This document shows, one piece after another, positions 22,898 through 24,000 of a DNA stretch of 24,000 nucleotides. The DNA comes from Citromicrobium phage vB_CbaS-RXM. Under the pieces are notes generated by a model. It searched no databases and was not told where the DNA came from. It saw nothing but the letters and a program-made list of their open reading frames with translations. The DNA lies in the sequence record OL963731.1. One strand, given 5' to 3'. Positions within the stretch are counted from its first letter, which is position 1, and every line of letters begins with the position of its first letter. A program made the position numbers and the translations under genes.

Positions 22898-24000
22898 ATG
22901 GAACTCTCCCCACAGCAAGGTCAGGCCGTCAAGAAGGTCGTCAACTGGTTTCGCAACGAGACCGAGAACCAGCAGACCGAAGAGATCGCCGGGTTCGCCG
23001 GGACGGGTAAATCGACCATCCTGCCCTTCATCATCGACGACATCGGGGTAGACGAGGGCGAGATCGCCTTCTGCGCTCCCACGGGCAAGGCGGCGAAGGT
23101 CATGGGGCGCAAGCTCCGCGACCAAGGCTACAGCGCGATCCCGACCACGATCCACAGCCTGATCTACCAGCCCAAGCCGCAGAAGGCCGAGGTGCTGGAA
23201 CGTGAGCTTCGCGATCTCGAAGTCGAGAAGGCCGTCATCATCAATGGCGAGCATCCAACCCTCTCCATCGCGGCCAACCGCGCCGAGGCGCTGGCACAGG
23301 TCAAGGAGATCGAGAAGAAGATCGAGATCATCAAGAAGGACCTCGACCGGGCCTACGATCAGGACGCGCCGCGCTTCCAGTTGAACCCGGAGAGCCGTCT
23401 GGTCACCGGCAAGGTCAAGCTGGTCGTGATCGACGAAGGCTCGATGGTCGGCACCAGCATGGCCGAGGACCTTGAGAGCTTCGGTATCCCGATCCTCGTG
23501 ATGGGTGACCCCGGCCAGCTTCCGCCCGTGGACGAGGACCCCGGCTTCGATCTGGCGAACGCCTCGACCATGCTGACGGAAATCCACCGGCAGGCGGCGG
23601 ACAACCCGGTGATCCACATCGCGACCCTGATCCGCAAGGGCGAGCGCCCCGAGATCGGCGACTACGGCAACGGCGTCCGCGTCGTGCGCCGCCGCGAGGA
23701 TCGCTACACGCTCGATCTCGACCGCGACGCACAGGTCATTTGCGGGACGAACAAGACGCGCTGGAAGCTGACCGGCAACATGCGTCGCGCTGGCGGCTAC
23801 GAAGGTCTGGCACCGGGCGAGGGCGAGCCGCTCATCATGTGCAAGAACTCGCGCCAGCACCCGATACTGGTGAACGGGTCGCAGGTCTTCTCGGCCATCG
23901 ATCACCCCGAACTGATTGACGGGCAGTCGCGCTTCACCATCGATGTCTTCGACGAGGAGGGGCGGCGCTTCAAGATGTTCGCCTATCAGGGCCTCTTCGA
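22898..24000 (+). CDS. RecD/Dda-like SF1 DNA helicase (truncated at window edge)
   Basis: Translated from ATG at 22898: IAGFAGTGKST (Walker A), CAPTGKAAKV, VVIDEGSMV (motif II), MGDPGQLPPV (motif III). Open to the end of the window. Confidence 0.9.
   Translation, partial: MELSPQQGQAVKKVVNWFRNETENQQTEEIAGFAGTGKSTILPFIIDDIGVDEGEIAFCAPTGKAAKVMGRKLRDQGYSAIPTTIHSLIYQPKPQKAEVLERELRDLEVEKAVIINGEHPTLSIAANRAEALAQVKEIEKKIEIIKKDLDRAYDQDAPRFQLNPESRLVTGKVKLVVIDEGSMVGTSMAEDLESFGIPILVMGDPGQLPPVDEDPGFDLANASTMLTEIHRQAADNPVIHIATLIRKGERPEIGDYGNGVRVVRRREDRYTLDLDRDAQVICGTNKTRWKLTGNMRRAGGYEGLAPGEGEPLIMCKNSRQHPILVNGSQVFSAIDHPELIDGQSRFTIDVFDEEGRRFKMFAYQGLF

Noticed and set aside
22577-23905. 442-aa minus-strand ORF
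   Set aside because: Antisense to the RecD/Dda-like helicase and the terminator region. No conserved motif.
1-24000. tRNA, rRNA, CRISPR array or transposon
   Set aside because: By eye I found no cloverleaf, regular repeat-spacer array, transposase or terminal inverted repeats. tRNAscan-SE and Infernal would be needed to exclude small structured RNAs.

Overview
The window is high-GC tailed-phage DNA, probably the early/replication-and-takeover region of a phage infecting an alphaproteobacterium-like host (the host is inference). A leftward cluster (about 1-6357) and a rightward cluster (6446 to the window edge) diverge from a short shared control region at 6358-6445. The leftward cluster encodes a truncated small phage protein, dCMP deaminase, a very large primase-helicase, a proteasome-like Ntn-hydrolase, a Lys/Ala/Pro-tailed basic protein, a short tyrosine recombinase and small Cys-rich proteins. 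The rightward cluster encodes RIIA-like and RIIB-like proteins, a SNF2-type helicase, an HD phosphohydrolase, an NPPY adenine methyltransferase, a T5 A1-like metallophosphoesterase, a family A DNA polymerase, an orphan NADAR-domain protein followed by two small membrane proteins, a DnaQ-like exonuclease, a Cas4/RecB-like nuclease, an acidic/Ala-rich tailed protein and a RecD/Dda-like helicase. The most notable non-coding signal is a family of about nine intergenic TTGAC(A/T)-N16/17-TA(A/G) promoter-like elements sharing internal words such as CGAATCGT. Two of them carry perfect inverted repeats around the -10. The best candidates for uncharacterised biology are the NADAR plus two-membrane-protein cassette, the HTH modules shared between RIIB-like and A1-like proteins, the recombinase promoter palindrome, the hairpin that could occlude the Ntn-hydrolase ribosome-binding site, and the Cys-rich small genes at the divergent hub.
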